Shown here: positions 56,865 to 64,000 of the stretch, one piece after another
How the letters are laid out: each line of letters begins with the position of its first letter
Numbering within the stretch: the first letter of the stretch is position 1
Origin: Spirochaetota bacterium
GTDB taxonomy: Bacteria; Spirochaetota; UBA4802; JAKQUI01
Reading direction: 5' to 3'
Length of the DNA stretch: 64,000 bases
Assembly: GCA_029562645.1 (NCBI GenBank)
Contig: JAKQUI010000030.1
Location: 35,891 to 99,890, forward strand
Translations under genes and position numbers: made by a program
Notes under the pieces: generated by a model
What the model was told of the DNA's origin: nothing
Seen by the model: only the letters and a program-made list of their open reading frames with translations
Database searches by the model: none

Positions 56865-58043
56865 CTACAGCACGTCGAGGATGTTGATGCCCGCCTCGCT
56901 CTCGTCGAGCGCCTTGACGATATACAGCGCCGATTCCTCGAGGAGGTTGAGGATGGTGGTTTCCTCGAGCCGCTTGCCCTGGTTGTCGAAGATGAGCTTG
57001 ATGAACGGCCGCAGCGGCTTCTGCGGAATGGAGCCCACCACCAGGCCGACGCAGCCGTCGTTGAGCTCCACCAGCGAGCCGATGGGGTACACCGACATCC
57101 GCGACAGGAAGACGCGCAGGAGCACCGGATCGAAGCGGTTGATGCCGCTGGAGAGCAGGTTCCGCATGGCGTGGTAGAAATACTGCTTCTTCCGGTAGGC
57201 GCGGTTGGATATCTGCGCCTCGTAGCTGTCGGCGATCGCCGCGATGCGCGCGTACTCGTCGATCTGGTTTCCGGTGAGCCCGCGCGGGTAGCCCTTGCCA
57301 TCGAACTGCTCGTGGTGCTGCAGCGCGACCAGCGCGACGCGCTCGTTCACGTTGGCGAGCTGCTTCACCACCTTGTAGCCGTGCAGCGGGTGGGTCTTGA
57401 TGAGATTATACTCGTGGTCCGAGAGGTTCGACTGCTTGTGGATGATGTAGAGCGGCATCTTCACCATGCCGGCGTCGATCAGGAGCGTCCCCCGCCCCAG
57501 CTCGCGCAGCCGGTTGGGCGCGTACTTCATGGACATCCCGATGAGGAGCGAATAGAAGGTCACGTTCACCGAGTGCGCGACCAGGTAGTTCTGTCCCTCC
57601 TCCAGCCCGTAGAGGAACAGGAAGATGTTATTGTTCTCGGACATCAGCTTGATGATGCTGTCGAGCGCCTCGTCGATCTCGTCCAGGGTGAAGAGCTTGT
57701 TGGCGCGGATGGCGGCGTGTGCGTTCTCCACGGCGACGCTCGCCTGCCGGTGCACCTCGATGAGGATCTTCCGCTTCTTGAGCAGATTGTTGTAGTCGGC
57801 GATGATCTTGCGCGCGTCGTCGGAGGTGGTGCGCGCGATGCGCTGGGCCACCTTGATGTCCGATTCGGTGGAGACGACCTCGCCGCCGGTCTCGACCTGC
57901 ACGACGCCCCACTTCATCAGCTTCTTGATGTCGTCTTCCTTGATGGCGACGTTGGCCGCCACCAACATGTTGTTGGCGTCTATATAGACCGGTTTGTCGA
58001 AGCGCATCCCCGGCTTGAGTTCCTCGACGGAGATCTTACGCAT
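56865..58043 (-). CDS. HD-GYP domain protein with an N-terminal DUF3391-like domain
   Basis: MRKISVEELKPGMRFDKPVY (DUF3391-like), HSVNV, LIDAGMVKMP, HHEQFDGKGYPRG. Confidence 0.85.
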   Translation of the reverse strand: MRKISVEELKPGMRFDKPVYIDANNMLVAANVAIKEDDIKKLMKWGVVQVETGGEVVSTESDIKVAQRIARTTSDDARKIIADYNNLLKKRKILIEVHRQASVAVENAHAAIRANKLFTLDEIDEALDSIIKLMSENNNIFLFLYGLEEGQNYLVAHSVNVTFYSLLIGMSMKYAPNRLRELGRGTLLIDAGMVKMPLYIIHKQSNLSDHEYNLIKTHPLHGYKVVKQLANVNERVALVALQHHEQFDGKGYPRGLTGNQIDEYARIAAIADSYEAQISNRAYRKKQYFYHAMRNLLSSGINRFDPVLLRVFLSRMSVYPIGSLVELNDGCVGLVVGSIPQKPLRPFIKLIFDNQGKRLEETTILNLLEESALYIVKALDESEAGINILDVL

Positions 58044-58338
58044 CAGGCCCCGCTTTTATTCGCATTATCGCATCCATTTTGTTCGCAAACGCCCCGTTCA
58101 CCCGATAGCAATACGCAAGGACCTCCGCCACCGCGCGAAAGAGCTCCTCGGGGATCTCGCTCCCGGCCTCGAGGCGAGAGAGCACCTCGGCCAGGTCGGC
58201 GTCGCGGTACACCGGGACATCGTGCGCGGCGGCCATCTCGAGGAGCCGTGCGACCAGCGCCCCTCGCGCGGCGGCGAGCACCCGCGGCAGGCTGTCCGCG
58301 CCCGCATATCCGATTGCGGCGGCGGCGGGTCGCTTCAT
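58036..58338 (-). CDS. FlhB C-terminal-domain-like protein (EscU/YscU family; YlqH-like)
   Basis: PRVLAAARGALVARLLEMAAAHDVPVYRDADLAEVLSRLEAGSEIPEELFRAVAEVLAY matches the FlhB cytoplasmic C-domain pattern. Confidence 0.75.
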   Translation of the reverse strand: MKRPAAAAIGYAGADSLPRVLAAARGALVARLLEMAAAHDVPVYRDADLAEVLSRLEAGSEIPEELFRAVAEVLAYCYRVNGAFANKMDAIMRIKAGPDA

Positions 58339-59409
58339 TTACACCCGTGCGTCAAACACGCTATGTATAGTCGACAAAGCATTTATTTCAATAATTTTTT
58401 GAGCGATCTCGCTTCTTTTATATATATCGACACGAACCGCGGTATTCATTACCTGTTGAAGCGTCGTGTGCAATTCATCCGCCCCTTCGGCAAGCGCCGC
58501 GCGCGCCTCCTCGGTGTCGCAGGAGATGATACAGCGCAGCGCGGAACCGTCGCGCCGCACCAGGACCTCGACGGGACCCAGGCGCGAGAGCTCAATCGAG
58601 ACGACGCAGCCGTCCTCGCCCGCACAATAGCGTACTGCGCGCGGCCCGTCGTCCTCATAGGCGAATTCGCCCTCGAGGAGCGCGTCGTCCTCATCGCCCA
58701 GAACGGCGCACAGCAGGTCGTGCAGATGTCGCGGCGCATCGCCGTCCCTGTCGAGCGCGTCCTCGATGGGCCGCAGCAGCCCCGCCGCGTCGATGGCCGA
58801 ATCGCCGCCCGGCGGCGCACTGACCGCATCGCCCGCGCCCCCGTAGCCAATCCCCCGGAGGAGCGCCCGCGCCGCAGCGAGGTGCCGGTTCCGCAGCGAG
58901 GCGAGCAAGAACGCGGTCTCCGGCAGATCGGCGTCGCGGACGCCAAGCGCCGCGAGCGCCCGCAGCAGGCCCCCCGGCCGGGACGCTGAGTTTTCCTTGC
59001 CCGTGCGCGAACGGGCGATGGACGCGCTCAACTCGAACAGGCCGCCCGCGCCGTCCCTGAGTCGGGCGAGGATCCCGCCGAGCTCCTTTTTGCCGATGCG
59101 CGACGCGTCGAACACGGTCAGATGGAAGAGGTCGCGATAATAGCGCGGATCGTCCTTTTTTACGCGGGAAAAGAGAAGCGCGTTCCCGTCATGTCCCGTC
59201 AGGACGAGCAATACCCGGCCCTCGCGCGGGACCCCGCTGGTGAACTCGGCGCTCACGCGCGTTCCGGCGACATCGAGGAGCGCTTGTCGCGGGCCGCTGC
59301 GCTGGACGATCTTTCCCCATACGAGATCGCCCGCCTGGAGCCGGGAGAGCTGCCCGGGCCGCACGCCCCCCGCCGGGATCCGGATGGCGTCATGGCGATC
59401 AATCCGCAT
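58339..59409 (-). CDS. Hypothetical protein (in the position of YlqG / a FliK-like protein upstream of the FlhB-C-like gene)
   Basis: ATG 59409 overlaps the rnhB end by 11 nt, and the stop abuts the next start. No motif recognised. Confidence 0.55.
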   Translation of the reverse strand: MRIDRHDAIRIPAGGVRPGQLSRLQAGDLVWGKIVQRSGPRQALLDVAGTRVSAEFTSGVPREGRVLLVLTGHDGNALLFSRVKKDDPRYYRDLFHLTVFDASRIGKKELGGILARLRDGAGGLFELSASIARSRTGKENSASRPGGLLRALAALGVRDADLPETAFLLASLRNRHLAAARALLRGIGYGGAGDAVSAPPGGDSAIDAAGLLRPIEDALDRDGDAPRHLHDLLCAVLGDEDDALLEGEFAYEDDGPRAVRYCAGEDGCVVSIELSRLGPVEVLVRRDGSALRCIISCDTEEARAALAEGADELHTTLQQVMNTAVRVDIYKRSEIAQKIIEINALSTIHSVFDARV

Positions 59410-60133
59410 GGGGCTCTGACCCCTTCCCTGCGATTCGCGTCGTGTTGCGAGGCTCTGACCCCTCATGTTCCACCACCACCCCCTCGCGCAGGCTCCGCAC
59501 CGGGTCGTAGGTGAGCCGGTGCACCGGAGACGGGCCGATCATTTCGATCGCCGTCCGGTGCGCGCGGGTCCCGTACCCCTTGTTCTCGTGAAACCCATAG
59601 CCGGGATAGCGCGCGTCCAGTCCGCGCAGCAGCGCGTCGCGGGCGACCTTCGCGAGTATCGACGCGGAAGCGATGGACATCGAGCGCGAATCCCCGCCGA
59701 CGATCGGAACGATCGGAACGCCCACGTCGAACGAGAAGGTCCCGTCCATGAGGATGATGTCGGGCGTGCGGGGCAGCATGCGCAGGAGCTTGCGGAGGCC
59801 GGCCTCGGTGGCGCGATTTACGTTAATTTTGTCGATGATACGATGCGACACGAACGCGGTCAGTGCGACCTGCGCGGCGGCGCGCACGGCCGTTTCCGCC
59901 TTCTCGCGCTGACGTGGGGTGAGCTGCTTGGAATCGCGGACGCCGCTCAGGCGGCCATCGGGAGGTTCGGAAAAGAGATGTGTCGGATAGACGACCAGCC
60001 CCACCGCGAGCGGCCCGGCGAGCGCCCCCCGCCCGGCCTCGTCGACCCCGGCGATGAGCGCGCAGCCGCGTTCGGCGTGCGCCCGCTCGAGATCGAAGGT
60101 GGGCGCACGGCGGCCGAGCGCGCGGCGCGGCAC
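59399..60133 (-). CDS. rnhB: Ribonuclease HII
   Basis: IAGVDEAGRGALAGPL, DSKQLTPRQRE, ASILAKVARD, GYGFHENKGYGT. Confidence 0.92.
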   Translation of the reverse strand: MPRRALGRRAPTFDLERAHAERGCALIAGVDEAGRGALAGPLAVGLVVYPTHLFSEPPDGRLSGVRDSKQLTPRQREKAETAVRAAAQVALTAFVSHRIIDKINVNRATEAGLRKLLRMLPRTPDIILMDGTFSFDVGVPIVPIVGGDSRSMSIASASILAKVARDALLRGLDARYPGYGFHENKGYGTRAHRTAIEMIGPSPVHRLTYDPVRSLREGVVVEHEGSEPRNTTRIAGKGSEPHAD

Positions 60134-60138
60134 GGATG

Positions 60139-60558
60139 CTACTCGGCGCCCTCGGTGGCGGGAGCCGTTCCCTCGACCGGCACGACGGGCTCCTGCGCGC
60201 CGGTCTTCCCCTTCACGCGACGCTCCTTGACCCGGGCGGACTTGCCGGTCCGCTCGCGCAGATAGTAGAGCTTCGCGCGGCGGCGCTTGCCCTTGCGGAC
60301 GATGTCGATCGCGCCGATGCGCGGCGAGAAGAACGGGAAGATCCGCTCCACGCCGATGTCGAAGGATATCTTCCGCACGGTGAAGGTCTTGCTGATCCCC
60401 TTGTTGTCGATCGCGATCACGATCCCTTCGAATATCTGGACGCGCTCGCGGGTGCCTTCCTTGATTTTATAGTGGACCCGTACGGTGTCGCCCACCTCGA
60501 TATCGAGGGTGCGCTGCACCGGCATCAGTTCCTGTTCAATCGCCTTGATGAGATCCAT
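60139..60558 (-). CDS. rplS: 50S ribosomal protein L19
   Basis: [10 protein letters not shown]...[41 protein letters not shown]. Confidence 0.96.
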   Translation of the reverse strand: MDLIKAIEQELMPVQRTLDIEVGDTVRVHYKIKEGTRERVQIFEGIVIAIDNKGISKTFTVRKISFDIGVERIFPFFSPRIGAIDIVRKGKRRRAKLYYLRERTGKSARVKERRVKGKTGAQEPVVPVEGTAPATEGAE

Positions 60559-61261
60559 GATCGTTTCCCCTGTTGTTCCTCATAAGATAGTTGCTATAGA
60601 CATCGGGCCGAAGCCGTCTGGTTTTTTCAATGCGTTGATCCCTACGCCATGCCGCGACATTGCCGTGATGGCCGGAGAGGAGCACCTCCGGCACCTGCAT
60701 TCCCTCGTACTCGGCCGGCCGCGTGTACTGCGGATACTCAAGGAGCCCGTCCGCGAAGCTCTCGTCAACGAGCGACTCGGCGTTCCCCATGAATCCCGGC
60801 ACATAGCGGGCGACGGCGTCGGCGATGATCAGCGCGGCGTATTCGCCGCCGGAGAGCACGTAATCGCCCACCGAGATCTCGTCGTCGATACAGCGGTCGA
60901 TCACCCGTTGATCGACCCCCTCATAGCGCCCGCAGACGATGCACAGTTCCGCTTCGCCGCTGAGCTCCTTGACCAGGTCCTGGGTGAGGAGCCGTCCCGC
61001 CGGCGTGGTGAGGATCACCCGCGTCCGCGGCGTGCGCGCCGCGCGGATCGCCCTGAAGAGCGGCCCCGGGGTGAGCACCATCCCGCTTCCGCCGCCGTAG
61101 GGATAATCGTCGCAGCGCCGCAGGCGGTCCTCCGAGAAGTCCCGCAGGTCCATCACCTCGAGCGCGATGATCCCGGACTCGATCGCCTTCCCCATGAGCC
61201 CCGCCCGAAGCGGGCCGTCGAAAAACTCGGGGAAGAGCGTGATTATTTTAAGCGCGATCAC
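60536..61261 (-). CDS. trmD: tRNA (guanine37-N1)-methyltransferase
   Basis: [47 protein letters not shown]. Confidence 0.95.
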   Translation of the reverse strand: MIALKIITLFPEFFDGPLRAGLMGKAIESGIIALEVMDLRDFSEDRLRRCDDYPYGGGSGMVLTPGPLFRAIRAARTPRTRVILTTPAGRLLTQDLVKELSGEAELCIVCGRYEGVDQRVIDRCIDDEISVGDYVLSGGEYAALIIADAVARYVPGFMGNAESLVDESFADGLLEYPQYTRPAEYEGMQVPEVLLSGHHGNVAAWRRDQRIEKTRRLRPDVYSNYLMRNNRGNDHGSHQGD

Positions 61262-61271
61262 ACCGACCCCG

Positions 61272-61799
61272 CTACTCGAGAAGCCCCTCGACCGGGGTAA
61301 TGTCGATCCGGCGCTCCGGCAGGCGGTCGGTGTTGACCATCTCCCGCACGAAGGGCACCAGATGCTCGCGCCCCGTGCCGTCGGTTATCACGAGGATCTC
61401 GCCGGCGCCCGCCTCCATGATGCCGGACACGGCGCCGAAGGGCGCGCCGTCGCGGTACACCGCGCACCCGATCACGTCATAATAATAAAACTCGTCGCCG
61501 CCCAGAAGGTGCCGGCTCTCTTCGGCGTCCTCCCGCGGTATAAACAGCTCACACCCGCGAAGCGCATCAACCGCCTCGCGAACGCCGATGCCGTCCAATC
61601 GAAGCAAAAAAACGTTCTTTTTATAGGGGAGGAATTCCTCCACCACATGCCGGCGAAATTCGTTCGCCTGCCTGAGATACACAACGCCGCCCACGGAAAA
61701 ACGCTCTTGTACGTCGGTCACGAGCAGGATTTTGATCCGTCCCCCCAGGCCGTGGGCGCCCAGGACGCGGGCGATGCGCAGATACTCCGCTCCGCTCAA
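61272..61799 (-). CDS. rimM: 16S rRNA processing protein RimM
   Basis: IARVLGAHGLGGRIKI..., PRC-barrel C-terminus, VPFVREMVNTDRLPERRIDI. Confidence 0.9.
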   Translation of the reverse strand: MSGAEYLRIARVLGAHGLGGRIKILLVTDVQERFSVGGVVYLRQANEFRRHVVEEFLPYKKNVFLLRLDGIGVREAVDALRGCELFIPREDAEESRHLLGGDEFYYYDVIGCAVYRDGAPFGAVSGIMEAGAGEILVITDGTGREHLVPFVREMVNTDRLPERRIDITPVEGLLE

Positions 61800-62032
61800 T
61801 CAAGTATTTCCAGCACGACCCGCTTCCCCGACTTCGTCGCCGACGCGTTAATGATGGTGCGGATGGCGCGCGCGATCCGGCCGTGCTTTCCGATTACCTT
61901 TCCGATATCGTCCTTGGTGACCTTCAACTCAAGAATCGTGGATTTCTCGCCCTCGATCTCACGCAGCTCGACCTCGTCGGGATGATCGACGAGGGATTTC
62001 ACCATAAACTCCACGAGTCCCCTGTAATCCAT
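61796..62032 (-). CDS. KH-domain RNA-binding protein (YlqC/UPF0109)
   Basis: LVEFMVKSLVDHPDEV...DIGKVIGKHGRIARAIRTI. Confidence 0.85.
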   Translation of the reverse strand: MDYRGLVEFMVKSLVDHPDEVELREIEGEKSTILELKVTKDDIGKVIGKHGRIARAIRTIINASATKSGKRVVLEILD

Positions 62033-62050
62033 TCCCGTCTCCTCGAGCGC

Positions 62051-62314
62051 TTACCGGGCGCTTTTGTATTTCTGCCACACCCCGTTCTTCTTGAGCAAGT
62101 TGGCGACGGTGAGCGTGGGCTGCGCGCCGTTCTTGAGCCAGCCGATCACCTTGTCCTCGTTCACCGAGAACTGGCTGCCGCCGGAGATGGGCTGGTACTG
62201 TCCGAGGAACTCGAGGACCGCCCCATCACGCTTCTTGCGCTCGTCAATTGCCACCACTCGATAACAGGGCTTCTTTTTTGCCCCGACCCTCTGCAAGCGA
62301 ATCTTAACTGCCAC
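62051..62314 (-). CDS. rpsP: 30S ribosomal protein S16
   Basis: GTG start at 62314 gives (M)AVKIRLQRVGAKKKPCYRVVA. RBS GGAGGTG. The track ORF extends upstream spuriously. Confidence 0.93.
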   Translation of the reverse strand: MAVKIRLQRVGAKKKPCYRVVAIDERKKRDGAVLEFLGQYQPISGGSQFSVNEDKVIGWLKNGAQPTLTVANLLKKNGVWQKYKSAR

Positions 62315-62346
62315 TGAAACCGCACCTCCAGAAAAAAGTAAGGGAA

Positions 62347-62374
62347 AACCTATTTTTTGACACTTTTTTGTCAA
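62347..62374 (-). promoter_or_regulatory. Candidate promoter of the rpsP operon
   Basis: Minus strand TTGACA (62374-69), N16, TAGGTT (62352-47). The region also forms an inverted repeat TTGAC-N8-GTCAA (62357-62374). Confidence 0.3.
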
Positions 62375-62606
62375 TATAAAATATTATTATTTCCCGCAGG
62401 CATGGCGCGCGGGGTGCGCCGATGGCGTCTCCGAGGTCACTACACGACGTCGCGCCGATGCGCGTGCGCGCGGGCCAATACGACATAATGCGCCGACGCA
62501 GAACAAACAAAATTCCGTCGCGGTGCGAACGCAGCGCGCCCGCATCGCCGCCATCGCGCAGCCGCCGCAGCGATCGCGAGAGAACGGAATGGGATGATTG
62601 GGGACG

Positions 62607-63287
62607 CTAGGAGATCGCCCGACGCTTGAGCTCGGCGACGGCCGCGTTCACATCGCCGCCCTTGAAGGCCGCCGCACCGGCGACGACGATGCGCGCGCCC
62701 GCACGCACGACGGCGGCGATGGTGTCGGCGTTGATGCCGCCGTCGACCTGGATGTCGACGGAGCCGTCGAGCCCGTTGGCCGAGAGGAACGCGGCGAGGC
62801 GCTCGATCCGGCGCAGCGCCTCCGGCATGAATGACTGCCCGTAGAATCCGGGGTCCACCGACATGACCAGCACCAGCCCGGCATACGGGAGAATGTCGAA
62901 CACCGATTCGACCGGCGTGGCCGGGTTGATGGAAACGCCGGGCACGGCCCCCCGCTCGCGAATGAGCCGCATGAGGCGCGCCGGGAAGCGCGTGCTCTCG
63001 TAGTGGATGGTGACGATCTCCGGGTTAAGCGCAAGGTACGATTCGACCGACAGCTCGGGGCGCTCGATCATGAGGTGCACGTCAAGCGGGATGTCCGTAT
63101 GCGCTGCGAGGCTCTTCACGAAGCCGGGGCCGATGGTGAGATTGGGGACGAAGCTCCCGTCCATGACGTCGACGTGCAACAGGTCGACCACGGCGGGGTC
63201 GTACCCCGCCGCATCAACACCGATGGTGGTGAGGTCGGTCGCGATGATCGACGGGGAGATGCGCACCCGGCTAGCGGTATCCTTCAA
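62607..63287 (-). CDS. rpe: Ribulose-phosphate 3-epimerase
   Basis: ISPSIIATDL, LHVDVMDGSFVPN, DVHLM, MSVDPGFYGQSF, QVDGGIN. Confidence 0.93.
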   Translation of the reverse strand: MKDTASRVRISPSIIATDLTTIGVDAAGYDPAVVDLLHVDVMDGSFVPNLTIGPGFVKSLAAHTDIPLDVHLMIERPELSVESYLALNPEIVTIHYESTRFPARLMRLIRERGAVPGVSINPATPVESVFDILPYAGLVLVMSVDPGFYGQSFMPEALRRIERLAAFLSANGLDGSVDIQVDGGINADTIAAVVRAGARIVVAGAAAFKGGDVNAAVAELKRRAIS

Positions 63288-64000
63288 ACTTCACCCCGAA
63301 GGACTTGATGGATTTCTTGTCGGCGAGGATGCGGATGGTGGCGTCGCCCGTGCGGCTGAAGACGAACGAGATCTTCTCGCCCGGCCGCATGCGCCGAGAG
63401 AAGGCGATGCGCTTGGGCCCGAAATCCTCGATCACGGCCTCGTAGAGCGCCTCCTTCTCGTCGCTGGGGATGTTCCAGTCGATCCGATCGTAGGCGTTAT
63501 ACGAGCGCTCCTTCATGGGGAAATGGTTCACCCGCAGCACCGCGATATCGCCCTTCTTGACGGGGGCGTCCTTGGCGGGCGTCTGGGACACGACGATCCC
63601 GCTCTGCTCGGGCGTCGCGACGGTGGCGATGTCCTGACTCACCATCACGCCCTTCGACAGCAGCAGATCGATGCACAGGTCGATGGACTGGCCGGTCACC
63701 TCCGGCATCTTCATGTCGGCGTCCACCTTCCCGGCCGACACCAGCAGGTTGATCCGGCGGCCCGGCGTGATGCGCTCCCCCGACTTGGGGCTCTGGTCGA
63801 TGACGATGTTCGCCGCGCTCTTCTCCGAGGGAACATACGAAACGATCCCCGTGGCCACCGAGATGGTGCGGTCGTGCACGTGCTGGTTCCTGAGCTTGTT
63901 CACGGCGAAGGGCAGCTCCATGCCCACCAGATTGGGGACGGTGAGATGGAGGGCGCTGCGGCTCACGAGGAGCTTCACGCGGCTCCCCTCGGCGACGATG
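63271..64000 (-). CDS. PASTA-repeat protein, C-terminal part (the gene continues beyond the window end)
   Basis: Repeated PASTA-like units (VPNLVGM...INLLVS; MPEVTGQS...). The frame remains open through 64000 (..IVAEGSRVKLLVS), so the N-terminus, possibly a Ser/Thr kinase domain, lies outside the window. Confidence 0.75.
   Translation of the reverse strand, partial: IVAEGSRVKLLVSRSALHLTVPNLVGMELPFAVNKLRNQHVHDRTISVATGIVSYVPSEKSAANIVIDQSPKSGERITPGRRINLLVSAGKVDADMKMPEVTGQSIDLCIDLLLSKGVMVSQDIATVATPEQSGIVVSQTPAKDAPVKKGDIAVLRVNHFPMKERSYNAYDRIDWNIPSDEKEALYEAVIEDFGPKRIAFSRRMRPGEKISFVFSRTGDATIRILADKKSIKSFGVKFEGYR

Overview
This is a densely coding bacterial chromosomal segment. G+C looks high by eye, roughly 60-68% in housekeeping genes (not computed). 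I found no rRNA, tRNA, CRISPR array, transposase or integrase.

The gene content points to a diderm, probably flagellated organism with anaerobe-type metabolism:
- Housekeeping genes: leuA, recA, folE2, pyrD, hisC, def-fmt, plsC and a DapL-like aminotransferase.
- A long minus-strand ribosomal/RNA-processing operon: rpsP, a KH-domain gene, rimM, trmD, rplS, rnhB.
- Redox metabolism: iorAB, and a Tat-exported selenocysteine formate dehydrogenase whose reading frame the ORF track splits at an in-frame TGA.
- Many envelope proteins: lipoproteins, two M48 proteases, DUF4105/DUF3015, and LpoB/CsgG-like lipoproteins.
- Much second-messenger signalling: two HD-GYP proteins, a protein with a cNMP-binding-like domain, and two GHKL-like regulators.

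Many long ORFs in the track are antisense or out-of-frame artefacts of high GC. I refined starts using signal peptides, RBS-like motifs and conserved N-termini.

The most interesting items:
1. A self-contained three-gene operon at 27.7-31.4 kb: HNH nuclease, an 820-aa protein with a cNMP-binding-like domain, and a degenerate GHKL ATPase. It has its own promoter and terminator.
2. A SiaB/SiaC-like partner-switch pair coupled to an HD-GYP protein.
3. A MetV / short MetF-like pair translationally linked to iorAB.
4. A visibly lower-GC block holding two divergent giant surface proteins.
5. A 54-aa FlgM-like gene, too short for the ORF track, behind a sigma-28-like promoter whose spacer is an 8-nt homopolymer.
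6. A Leu-run mini-ORF plus terminator in front of leuA.

All functional calls rest on motif recognition by eye. No database search was run.
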